From: an uncultured Erysipelotrichaceae bacterium | Lineage (GTDB): Bacteria > Bacillota_I > Bacilli_A > Erysipelotrichales > Erysipelotrichaceae | Length of the DNA stretch: 64,000 nt | Direction: 5' to 3' | Assembly (NCBI GenBank): GCA_947036815.1 | Contig: CAMQRS010000001.1 | Span: 80,732-144,731 of the forward strand | Part shown: positions 51,459 to 60,074 of the stretch, in pieces | Numbering within the stretch: position 1 is the first letter of the stretch | Layout: the number at the start of each line of letters is the position of its first letter | Notes under the pieces: generated by a model | Told to the model about the DNA's origin: nothing | Seen by the model: the letters and a program-made list of their open reading frames with translations, nothing else | Databases searched by the model: none | Position numbers and translations under genes: made by a program

Positions 51459-52474
51459 TAGATATCCCTCCCAATCACCTTAGCAATCACTTTCCCTTTT
51501 TCAATAACTACTTTAAAAGTATCTGGTTTCAATGATTGTGCACCATCACTCCATGCACATTCAGGAGTATCATGTACTTCAATCATTAATCCATCTGCAC
51601 CAGCAGCAATAGCAGCTAATGACATACTTTCTACTAATTCCCAATCTCCTGTTGCATGAGAAGGGTCAATAATAATAGGTAAGTGAGTTTTCTTTTTAAC
51701 AATAGGGATAACACTTAAATCTAGTGTGTTTCTTGTATATGTTTCAAAGGTACGGATTCCACGCTCACAAAGAATAACGTTTTTATTTCCACTAGCCATA
51801 ATATATTCAGCTGCCATCAACCATTCTTCGATTGTATTTGATAACCCTCTTTTTAATAAGATAGGTTTAGTCATTGTACCTGCTGCTTTTAATAGTGAGA
51901 AGTTTTGCATATTACGTGCACCAATTTGAACTAAATCAATGTGTTTTTCAAATTCTTCTACTTTATCTACGTCCATTAGTTCAGATACACTAGGAAGTTT
52001 ATGTGTTTGACTAGCTGCTTCTATTGCTAATACTCCTTCTAGTTGCATTCCTTGAAATGCATAAGGACTTGTTCTTGGTTTGTATGCACCACCTCTAAGC
52101 ATTGTTGCCCCGGCTTCTTTTACTTGTCCTGCAATACGATCAATTTGTTCAATACCTTCGATTGAACAAGGACCTCCAATAATTACGATGTTTTCTTTTC
52201 CACCTACTTTAATTCCAGCAACGTCTACGATTGTATCCTCTGGATGAAAGTCTCTTGAAACTTGTTTGTATGGAGCAGATAATTTCGTGATTTTATCAAT
52301 ATAGTGATTCGCTTCTAATGTTTTTTCATCTAAGATAGTAGTATCTCCAATGATTCCTATAATCGTTAAGTGTTCACCCTTACTTGGATGTACACTTAAT
52401 CCTTTAGCTTCTATTGTTTGAATAATTTTATTGATTTCCGTTTCTGGAATTCCTTTTTTACATGTGATAATCAT
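51458..52474 (-). CDS. aroF: DAHP synthase, type I-beta with N-terminal ferredoxin-like regulatory domain (copy 2)
   Basis: 338 aa. GPCS.E, LRGGAYKPRTSPYAFQG, IGARNMQNF, KRG, DPSH. Confidence 0.9.
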   Translation of the reverse strand: MIITCKKGIPETEINKIIQTIEAKGLSVHPSKGEHLTIIGIIGDTTILDEKTLEANHYIDKITKLSAPYKQVSRDFHPEDTIVDVAGIKVGGKENIVIIGGPCSIEGIEQIDRIAGQVKEAGATMLRGGAYKPRTSPYAFQGMQLEGVLAIEAASQTHKLPSVSELMDVDKVEEFEKHIDLVQIGARNMQNFSLLKAAGTMTKPILLKRGLSNTIEEWLMAAEYIMASGNKNVILCERGIRTFETYTRNTLDLSVIPIVKKKTHLPIIIDPSHATGDWELVESMSLAAIAAGADGLMIEVHDTPECAWSDGAQSLKPDTFKVVIEKGKVIAKVIGRDI

Positions 52475-52475
52475 A

Positions 52476-53495
52476 TTAAATACCTCTTCCTATGACTTGT
52501 GCAATTTTTCTTGCTTTGTCAATTAATGTGATAAATTTTTTCGGTTTTAAACATTGTGCACCATCTGAGAATGCACATTCAGGATTGTTGTGAACTTCTA
52601 TGATTAGTCCATCTGCACCTGCAGCAACAGCAGCTAATGAAGCAGCTTCTACTAATTTCCAATCTCCTGTAGCATGAGATGGATCAATAATAATTGGTAA
52701 ATGTGTTTTTTCTTTAATAATGGGAATCACACTTAAATCTAAGGTATTTCTAGTTTCTGTTTCAAAGGTACGGATTCCACGTTCACATAAGACAACATTT
52801 GGATTTCCACTAGCCATAATGTATTCAGCACTCATAATCCATTCATCAATCGTATTTGAGAATCCACGTTTTAATAAGATTGGTTTCGTTGTACGTTTTC
52901 CTAATTCTTTTAATAATTCAAAGTTTTGCATATTACGTGCACCAATTTGAATCATATCAACGTGTTCCTCAAATTCTTCTATTTGAGCTTCTCCCATTAA
53001 TTCGGTACAGATTGGTAATCCTGTAGTTTCTCTAGCAGCTACCATCGCTAGAATCCCTTCTGTTCTCATACCTTGGAATGCATATGGACTTGTTCTTGGT
53101 TTGTATGCACCACCACGTAACATTAAGGCACCTGCATCTTTTACTTGGTGTGCTAATTCAACAATCATTTCTTTGTTTTCTACTGCACAAGGACCACCGA
53201 TAATTACGATGTCTTCTTGTCCACCTATTTTTACACCATTAATATTAATGATTGTGTCTTCTGGATGAAACATACGGTTTGCTAATTTATATTTAGCTGC
53301 AATACGTACTACGTTCTTAACGCATTCATGGGCAGCAATTGCTTTTTCATCTAATACAGTTGTATCTCCTGTTAATCCATAGACATTAAAGTCACTACCT
53401 TCAATAACTTGTGTTCCTACTCCTTTGTTTTCTAATTCTTTCATTAAGCGATCAACGGATTGTTGATTGGCATTTCTTTTTATTGTGATAATCAT
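52476..53495 (-). CDS. aroF: DAHP synthase, type I-beta with N-terminal ferredoxin-like regulatory domain (copy 1)
   Basis: 339 aa with the same catalytic motifs. Catalytic core is highly similar to the downstream copy, while the N-terminal ~70 aa are much more diverged. Confidence 0.9.
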   Translation of the reverse strand: MIITIKRNANQQSVDRLMKELENKGVGTQVIEGSDFNVYGLTGDTTVLDEKAIAAHECVKNVVRIAAKYKLANRMFHPEDTIININGVKIGGQEDIVIIGGPCAVENKEMIVELAHQVKDAGALMLRGGAYKPRTSPYAFQGMRTEGILAMVAARETTGLPICTELMGEAQIEEFEEHVDMIQIGARNMQNFELLKELGKRTTKPILLKRGFSNTIDEWIMSAEYIMASGNPNVVLCERGIRTFETETRNTLDLSVIPIIKEKTHLPIIIDPSHATGDWKLVEAASLAAVAAGADGLIIEVHNNPECAFSDGAQCLKPKKFITLIDKARKIAQVIGRGI

Positions 53496-53508
53496 TTTAT
53501 TTTCTCCC

Positions 53509-54510
53509 TTATCGAATTGACTGAATCAATTGTTGTTTTATATTTGTTTGTGTAGCTTGTGTTATCCATAAGCTATTGTATGATAATTTTATTTGCAATG
53601 CTTTTTCTAGCGTACTAGTGATACTGAGTACATAACTAGAGGTTAGAGCTTTATCTTCCATCTCTTCTATATTAGTAATACAAGTCTTATTTGTTTCTAA
53701 TGCAACTTGTGTTGCTAGTTGTTCATTATCCACAACAACTATATTTGTTGTATCAATTAATATCTCTTGATAGATAGGATCAATTGCTGCATCATCTATG
53801 TGAATATCTTTAAAGAATTCTAATGCATACTTGGCTTGTGCTACTAACATTTCTAAGCCACTCACACTTTGTATTCCTAACGCTCTTGCTTGTAAGAGGA
53901 AGGCAGTTCGTAATGGGTTGTAGATAACATCGACACAGGCATGACAAGAACTAAATTTAGCTACGTCAATTGCACTTTGTTCAACGTTGGGATACATCCC
54001 ACATGGTGTTGTATTCACAATGATTTCTGCATCACTATGTAATTCATATGCCCTTTGCATCGTGATTACATCTTCTTTTGCATGTAAGTCAGTAACTATT
54101 AATTGCTTTACTTGTTTATCTAATAATACTGCTTGTACTGCTTTAGATGCACCACCATTTCCTAGAACTAAGACTTTCTTGTTTTTTACATCGATATTGT
54201 GAAAGTCTAAGGTATAGGCAAATCCTAAATAATCAGTATTGTATCCATATAATTCACCATCTTTATTTACGACCGTATTTACTGCGCCTATCTTCTTTGC
54301 TTCATCACTTATGTGTGATAGATAGGGAAGTACACTTTGTTTATAAGGAATCGTTACATTCATTGCCCTAAATGCTTTTGCTTCCATAAAGGGAGCAAGT
54401 TCTTCTTTCGCAAGAGGATGTATTTCATATGTATAATTATCTAATAACTTTTCTTGTATTAGTTTAGAGTAGGAATGTCCTAGTTTTTCTCCAATTAATC
54501 CGTATTCCAT
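53509..54510 (-). CDS. aroE: shikimate dehydrogenase with a C-terminal extension of about 85 aa
   Basis: 333 aa. GLIGEKLGHSYSK, NVTIPYK, GAVNT, NTDY.GF, GNGGASKA, then extra sequence after the usual end of the fold. Confidence 0.9.
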   Translation of the reverse strand: MEYGLIGEKLGHSYSKLIQEKLLDNYTYEIHPLAKEELAPFMEAKAFRAMNVTIPYKQSVLPYLSHISDEAKKIGAVNTVVNKDGELYGYNTDYLGFAYTLDFHNIDVKNKKVLVLGNGGASKAVQAVLLDKQVKQLIVTDLHAKEDVITMQRAYELHSDAEIIVNTTPCGMYPNVEQSAIDVAKFSSCHACVDVIYNPLRTAFLLQARALGIQSVSGLEMLVAQAKYALEFFKDIHIDDAAIDPIYQEILIDTTNIVVVDNEQLATQVALETNKTCITNIEEMEDKALTSSYVLSITSTLEKALQIKLSYNSLWITQATQTNIKQQLIQSIR

Positions 54511-54511
54511 G

Positions 54512-55615
54512 TTACTTGTCCTCCTTCATCCATAGATAGCCATAACGCATGGCACATAAGTCTAACAGACCAATCGCAACCACACTGTCAATAACTACTC
54601 TCGCACGATGTATAATTGCGGGATCATGTCTTCCATTTATTTGGAAGTTAACGTTTTCTTTTGTTTCTATATTAATCGAATCTTGGTGTTTAAATATAGA
54701 TGGTGTTGGTTTCACTACACTCTTAATACGAATAGGCATTCCATTAGAGATACCACCATTAATACCACCATTGTGATTCGTTTTTGTTTTTACACTTGTA
54801 CCTTCATAATAGAAGCTATCATTTAATTCACTACCTTTATGATTCATAAACTCAAAACCTAGTCCAAATTCTACTCCCTTGATGGCTGGGACGGAAAATA
54901 ATAACTGTGAAAGTGTACTTTCAATAGAATGAAACATTGGTTCTCCAATGCCTACTGGCATTCCTGCAACTAGTGTTTCAATCACGCCACCACAACTATC
55001 TCCCTCACTTGCTACTTGTTCCATGTAGGTCATCATTTCTGCTTCTGTTTTTTCAGATAGTACTGGGAAGTACTTATTATTTAATAGGTCTATTTGTTGA
55101 AGTAGTGTTTCATCATCAAATGCTTCATCATAGATAGAAGCGATATTACGAATATGTGAACCTATTTGAATCCCTTTACTTGCTAGTATTTGTTTCGCAA
55201 TTGCTCCAGCTGCCACAATCGGAGTAGTAAGTCTTCCTGAGAAGTGTCCACCACCTCGATAATCTTGATAGCCCATATATTTTTCATTGGCTGTATAATC
55301 AGCATGAGAAGGTCTCATCACATTTTTTGTTTCTGAGTAATCTTTACTTTTGGTATTGTTGTTTTCAAATAAAATAGTTAAAGGAGTACCTGTTGTATGT
55401 TCATTAAAATATCCAGAGATAATATGGGGAGCATCACTTTCTTTACGACTCGTAGAAATCTTTCCTTTGGGCTTACGTAAATCTAGTTGTGCATTCATAT
55501 ATGCTAAGTCTAATTTAATTCCTGCGGGTAATCCATCAATACTTACACCAATCATCTCTCCATGACTTTCTCCGAAGATAGTCATATGGAACATCTTTCC
55601 AATACTACTTTTCAT
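54512..55615 (-). CDS. aroC: chorismate synthase
   Basis: 367 aa. FGESHG, RPSHAD, GGG.SGR, GR.DP. Confidence 0.95.
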   Translation of the reverse strand: MKSSIGKMFHMTIFGESHGEMIGVSIDGLPAGIKLDLAYMNAQLDLRKPKGKISTSRKESDAPHIISGYFNEHTTGTPLTILFENNNTKSKDYSETKNVMRPSHADYTANEKYMGYQDYRGGGHFSGRLTTPIVAAGAIAKQILASKGIQIGSHIRNIASIYDEAFDDETLLQQIDLLNNKYFPVLSEKTEAEMMTYMEQVASEGDSCGGVIETLVAGMPVGIGEPMFHSIESTLSQLLFSVPAIKGVEFGLGFEFMNHKGSELNDSFYYEGTSVKTKTNHNGGINGGISNGMPIRIKSVVKPTPSIFKHQDSINIETKENVNFQINGRHDPAIIHRARVVIDSVVAIGLLDLCAMRYGYLWMKEDK

Positions 55616-56627
55616 GACTTCCTCCTTCGATGATTGCTTTTAAGTCAATCATTTTTATATCTTGAATATAGGAACTTCCTACTTCATTTACTCTTACAAT
55701 ACTAATCATATCTTTATGAGTCTTTTTATCCATGGTACATAACTCATATACTTTATTAGTATCATAAGTAGTATCTATTTCAATTTGCATATGTATATAT
55801 ATTTGCATTAATCTTTGTTTGATTGTTTCATCTTCCAAGAAGAATAACATACCCATCGCAACACATTCCCCATGCAAGTATTTTTCTAAATGATAATACG
55901 CTTCTATTCCATGTCCTATGGTATGTCCAAAGTTTAGAGTTTTACGTAATCCATTTTCTTTTTCATCTAGTTCTACTATTCTTTTTTTCATCATTAAGCT
56001 CTTATATATAATTGTTTCTAACTGATCTATATAATTCTCTTGTTCAAAGAGTTTAAATAAACTAGCATCATGAATCAAACCTGCTTTAATTGCTTCTACT
56101 AATCCATTGTTTACATGTCTAGTACTTAATGTAGAAAGTGTATCAAAGTCGATGATTACTTTCTTAGGATGATGGAAAGCACCTACTATATTTTTTACAT
56201 CACCTACATTAATCGCCGTTTTACCACCGATACTACTATCTATTTGAGAAAGTGTCGTAGTGGGAATAGAGATAAAGTCAATGCCTCTCATATAGGAAGC
56301 AGAAACAAAACCTCCTAAATCACCAATGACTCCACCACCTAATGCAATCAATAAATCTTTTCTAGACATATGGAAGGCAAGCATTGCTTTTAATACTTGT
56401 TCATATGTTTGAAAGCTTTTACTTTCTTCTCCGGGGGTAACCTTATATATAATACTGTTTGTACATTGATTACTTACGCTGTTTACCCATACATCAGGTA
56501 TGTTCGTATCTGTTAAGATAAAGATTTTACGTGAAGTATCTAAATGATTCGCTAATTGGTGGATTGCACCACGCTTTAAAATAATATCGTACTCGTTATT
56601 TGGTATATTTATGTGTATTTTTTTCAT
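55605..56627 (-). CDS. aroB: 3-dehydroquinate synthase
   Basis: 340 aa. GGGVIGDLGGF, PTTLLSQ-like PTTTLSQIDSS.GGKT, LNFGHT.GH. Confidence 0.95.
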   Translation of the reverse strand: MKKIHINIPNNEYDIILKRGAIHQLANHLDTSRKIFILTDTNIPDVWVNSVSNQCTNSIIYKVTPGEESKSFQTYEQVLKAMLAFHMSRKDLLIALGGGVIGDLGGFVSASYMRGIDFISIPTTTLSQIDSSIGGKTAINVGDVKNIVGAFHHPKKVIIDFDTLSTLSTRHVNNGLVEAIKAGLIHDASLFKLFEQENYIDQLETIIYKSLMMKKRIVELDEKENGLRKTLNFGHTIGHGIEAYYHLEKYLHGECVAMGMLFFLEDETIKQRLMQIYIHMQIEIDTTYDTNKVYELCTMDKKTHKDMISIVRVNEVGSSYIQDIKMIDLKAIIEGGSHEK

Positions 56628-56639
56628 GATTTACTCCCT

Positions 56640-56740
56640 TTTAATAAAAAAAGCACCAACGTCTCTGTTGTGCCAATGTGTTCCCCAAAATGCTAAAATA
56701 ACCAATTATTTGAACTGGTTTGTTTTGGGGCTATCTAAAA
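56640..56740 (-). promoter_or_regulatory. structured 5' leader of the aro operon: long hairpin followed by an intrinsic terminator
   Basis: Minus strand: CCCCAAAA...(inner AACCA/TGGTT)...TTTTGGGG hairpin, then GCACAAC agagac GTTG(G)TGC followed by T7, 20 nt before the aroB ATG. No gene upstream on that strand could own the terminator. Confidence 0.45.
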
Positions 56741-56941
56741 TAAAAATAAAATGTATTCGTTAAAGTTTTCATAAGTACATGATATATCATAAATGAATAA
56801 AAGACAATCATTTTTTGTAAAAAATTACAAAGCAATGTAAAAGTTTCATACTAGATGATATACATGAACTAATATTTTATCTACTTAGGTCTTCTAAACT
56901 TTATCTTTTATGTTAAAATAGAAAGGCTTGGAGGATAGTTT

Positions 56942-57388
56942 ATGAAATTAGTAATACAAAGAGTGACACATGCTAGTGTTAGCATTGATCATAAAATAAA
57001 TGGTAAAATAGAACGTGGATATTTAGTGTTAGTTGGGTTTAGCTCAAATGATACAATCGATATCATGAAGAAAGTAACAAAGAAATGCATTGATTTACGT
57101 ATCTTTGAAGATGAAGCAGGTAAAATGAATTTATCTTTACAAGACGTAAAGGGAAGTATATTAAGTGTTTCTCAATTTACTTTATATGCAGATTGTAAAA
57201 AAGGAAGAAGACCTTCTTTTATCGCAGCAGCAAGACCAGAAATAGCAATTCCTTTATATGATGCTTTTAATTGCTATATTAAGGAACAAGGAATCCATGT
57301 AGAAACAGGAATATTTGGAGCAGATATGAAAGTAGAATTAATTAATGATGGTCCAGTAACCATCATCTTAGATAGTGAGGAATTATAA
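56942..57388 (+). CDS. dtd: D-aminoacyl-tRNA deacylase
   Basis: 148 aa. [28 protein letters not shown]. Confidence 0.9.
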   Translation: MKLVIQRVTHASVSIDHKINGKIERGYLVLVGFSSNDTIDIMKKVTKKCIDLRIFEDEAGKMNLSLQDVKGSILSVSQFTLYADCKKGRRPSFIAAARPEIAIPLYDAFNCYIKEQGIHVETGIFGADMKVELINDGPVTIILDSEEL

Positions 57389-58251
57389 TGATAGAAAATA
57401 AAATAGTATATGGTAGTGAAATTGCCAAAGAAGTAAAATTGAATATTCAAACGAGTGTAAATGAACTAAAAGCAGCAGGAAAAAGAGTGCCCCATTTAGT
57501 GGTATTATTTGTTGGAAATGATGTAGGAAGTACTTCCTATGTAAAAGGAAAAGAAAACGACTGTAATGAAGTTGGGTTTATCCAAACAACACATCGTTAT
57601 GATGACACTGTGAGCGAAGAAGAATTATTGAATAAAATTGAAGCATTGAATAAAGATCCACAAGTAGATGGTATCTTAGTTCAATTGCCTCTACCAAAAC
57701 ACGTGAATGAAAATAAAGTACTATTCAGTATTGATCCAAACAAAGATGTGGACGGATTCCATCCTTTTAATGTAGGTAAAATGTTGATTCAAGAAGAAAC
57801 ATTCTTACCATGTACACCTAAAGGGGTAATGTACATCTTATCTAAATTAGGGTACAGTGACTTAAGTGGACTTAAAGTAGTTGTGATTGGAAGAAGTAAT
57901 ATTGTGGGTAAACCAATGGGACAATTATTATTGAACCAACATGCAACAGTAACAATATGTCATTCAAGAACATCTAATTTAGCAGATGAAGTACGTGGAG
58001 CGGATATTGTGGTAGCTGCAGTAGGGATACCTAAGTTTGTCCAAGCAGATTGGATCAAAGAGGGAGCCATCGTTATTGATGTGGGAGTGAACCGAGATGA
58101 AAACAATAAGTTATGTGGAGATGTAGATACACAAGCTTGTTTAGAAAAAGTAAAATATATTACACCTGTTCCTAAAGGAGTAGGACCAATGACTAGAGCG
58201 ATGTTACTAGAAAATACATTGCAATCTTATCAAAAAAGAGAGGGACTATAA
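57388..58251 (+). CDS. folD: bifunctional methylenetetrahydrofolate dehydrogenase/cyclohydrolase
   Basis: 287 aa. YV..K.K, DGILVQLPLP, CTP.G, GRSNIVGKPM, PGGVGPMT-like PKGVGPMT. Confidence 0.95.
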   Translation: MIENKIVYGSEIAKEVKLNIQTSVNELKAAGKRVPHLVVLFVGNDVGSTSYVKGKENDCNEVGFIQTTHRYDDTVSEEELLNKIEALNKDPQVDGILVQLPLPKHVNENKVLFSIDPNKDVDGFHPFNVGKMLIQEETFLPCTPKGVMYILSKLGYSDLSGLKVVVIGRSNIVGKPMGQLLLNQHATVTICHSRTSNLADEVRGADIVVAAVGIPKFVQADWIKEGAIVIDVGVNRDENNKLCGDVDTQACLEKVKYITPVPKGVGPMTRAMLLENTLQSYQKREGL

Positions 58252-58460
58252 TGATTACACACGACTATGACTTAAATGATATTGTGGAAATGAAAAAACA
58301 ACATCCATGTAAAAAAAGTAAACTATGGAAAATCATCCGTATGGGTGCTGACATTCGTATCAAATGCCAAGGGTGTGGAGCGAGTATCTTATTTCCTAGA
58401 AGTGAGTTTGAAAAAAAATTAAAGAAAGTTGTTGAAAAAGCAATGAACGAAGAAGCGTAA
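58251..58460 (+). CDS. DUF951-family small protein
   Basis: 69 aa. DIVEMKK.HPC....W.I.R.GADI.IKC..CG pattern. Confidence 0.65.
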   Translation: MITHDYDLNDIVEMKKQHPCKKSKLWKIIRMGADIRIKCQGCGASILFPRSEFEKKLKKVVEKAMNEEA

Positions 58461-58601
58461 GACGAAAGTCTTACGTTTTTCATTTAATTAATAAACAACA
58501 AAATTTTGATATAAAAAATGAATATTGCTACTCACCTTGACCACTATTCAATACTAAGTTATAGTTTATTAATAAAAGAAATAGTAAAAAAGGGGCATCT
58601 T

Positions 58602-59300
58602 ATGAAATTTAATATAGGAATTTGTGATGATGAAAGTATACAACGACAATACTTAACTCAGGTGGTGAATGAATGGGCAACACAGAACCACTACCAGATA
58701 ACGATTCAACAATTTGAAAGTGCTGAAAGCTTTTTATTTCATTATGAAGAAGAAAAAGACTATGATATCTTACTTCTTGATATTGAGATGAATCAAATGA
58801 ACGGAGTAACACTAGCCAAAGCGATACGAAAACATAATGAAATCGTACAAATCGTTTTTATTACTGGGTATACTGAATACATCAGTGATGGATATGATGT
58901 AGCAGCACTACAATACTTAATAAAACCAGTGAAGGAAGATAAACTATTTGAAACACTGCATCGTGCAGTAGCCAAGATACATAAGCATGAAAAATGTTTA
59001 AAAGTAGAAGTGAATGGGGAAATGAATATTATTCCACTGTTTGAAATCAAATATATAGAAGTAAGACAAAACTATATTACGATTCATGCAAAAGAAGAAA
59101 CGACATTGAAACGTACACTTAGTGAAATAGAAAAAGAATTAACTTCTAATTTTTATCGAAGTGGTAGATCATTTATTATTAATTTAGATTGCATTACAAG
59201 GGTAAGTAAATCCCAAGTAATATTGCGTAGTGGAGAAGTGATTCCACTTCCTAGAGGAGCTTATGATAGTCTAAATAAAGCGATTATCGCTCATACATAA
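58602..59300 (+). CDS. LytTR-family response regulator
   Basis: Receiver (ICDDE, LLLDIEM) plus a C-terminal LytTR DNA-binding domain (I.YIEV..NYITIH........L.EIE..L...F.R..RSFIIN). Start at ATG 58602. Confidence 0.85.
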   Translation: MKFNIGICDDESIQRQYLTQVVNEWATQNHYQITIQQFESAESFLFHYEEEKDYDILLLDIEMNQMNGVTLAKAIRKHNEIVQIVFITGYTEYISDGYDVAALQYLIKPVKEDKLFETLHRAVAKIHKHEKCLKVEVNGEMNIIPLFEIKYIEVRQNYITIHAKEETTLKRTLSEIEKELTSNFYRSGRSFIINLDCITRVSKSQVILRSGEVIPLPRGAYDSLNKAIIAHT

Positions 59301-59314
59301 GAGAGGGAACACAA

Positions 59315-59977
59315 ATGAGTATCTTTTCAAAGAATAGAGATAAAAAAGTAGCAGCATACCAAAAAGAATTAATTAAAACACATTATGATGAAGTAAGTAA
59401 TATGTATACACAAATGCGCGGTTGGAGACATGATTATAAGAATCATATACAAATGATGAAAGTGTATGCACAACAAGGAGATTTAAACGCTATTCAACAT
59501 TACCTAAATGAGTTAGATAGCGATTTATCTAGTGTAGATATGGTCGTAAAAACAGGAAATGCGATGGCAGATGCTATTTTGAATAGTAAAATATCATTAG
59601 CTAAGTCTAAAGATATTCAAGTGGTGGCACAAGCCAACATTCCATTACAATTAAAAACATCGGACATAGATTTATGTGTAATCATAGGGAACCTTTTTGA
59701 TAATGCGATTGAAGCTAGTTTAGAACTACCTGTAGAAGAAAGATTAATACGTGTATATATGGAAATGAAGAATACACAACTATATATTTCATTCACTAAC
59801 TTCAGTGCTCAACATAAACAAACGAAAGTGCTTAACATCTTCAAGAGCACAAAAGGAAAAAATAGAGGGCTAGGCTTAGTAAGAATAGATGATACAATGC
59901 AACGCTTAGATGGCTATTTAAGTAGAAATAGTGAAGATGGCGCATTTACTACGGAACTATTAATTCCACAACTTTAA
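59315..59977 (+). CDS. GHKL-type histidine kinase catalytic core (HPK10/AgrC-like) without a membrane sensor domain
   Basis: 220 aa. H-box RHDYKNH, N-box GNLFDNAIEA, G-box KGKNRGLGL. No hydrophobic helices. Starts 15 nt after the regulator stop. Confidence 0.7.
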   Translation: MSIFSKNRDKKVAAYQKELIKTHYDEVSNMYTQMRGWRHDYKNHIQMMKVYAQQGDLNAIQHYLNELDSDLSSVDMVVKTGNAMADAILNSKISLAKSKDIQVVAQANIPLQLKTSDIDLCVIIGNLFDNAIEASLELPVEERLIRVYMEMKNTQLYISFTNFSAQHKQTKVLNIFKSTKGKNRGLGLVRIDDTMQRLDGYLSRNSEDGAFTTELLIPQL

Positions 59978-60074
59978 TTGCAGTTTATCCCCTTCTTGAA
60001 GCAATTTATCCCTATTTTCTAACTTATTTGTGAATGAGTGTAAGATAGATTCATACATGAAGGAGGTATCATTT

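Noticed and set aside
56628-56860. Possibility that the aro leader is a standard T-box or a TRAP-binding leader.
   Set aside because: No GGGTGGTACCGCG-like T-box sequence, no AGAGA/Stem I/specifier arrangement of adequate length, and no run of GAG/UAG triplets. It is kept as an unclassified attenuator candidate instead.
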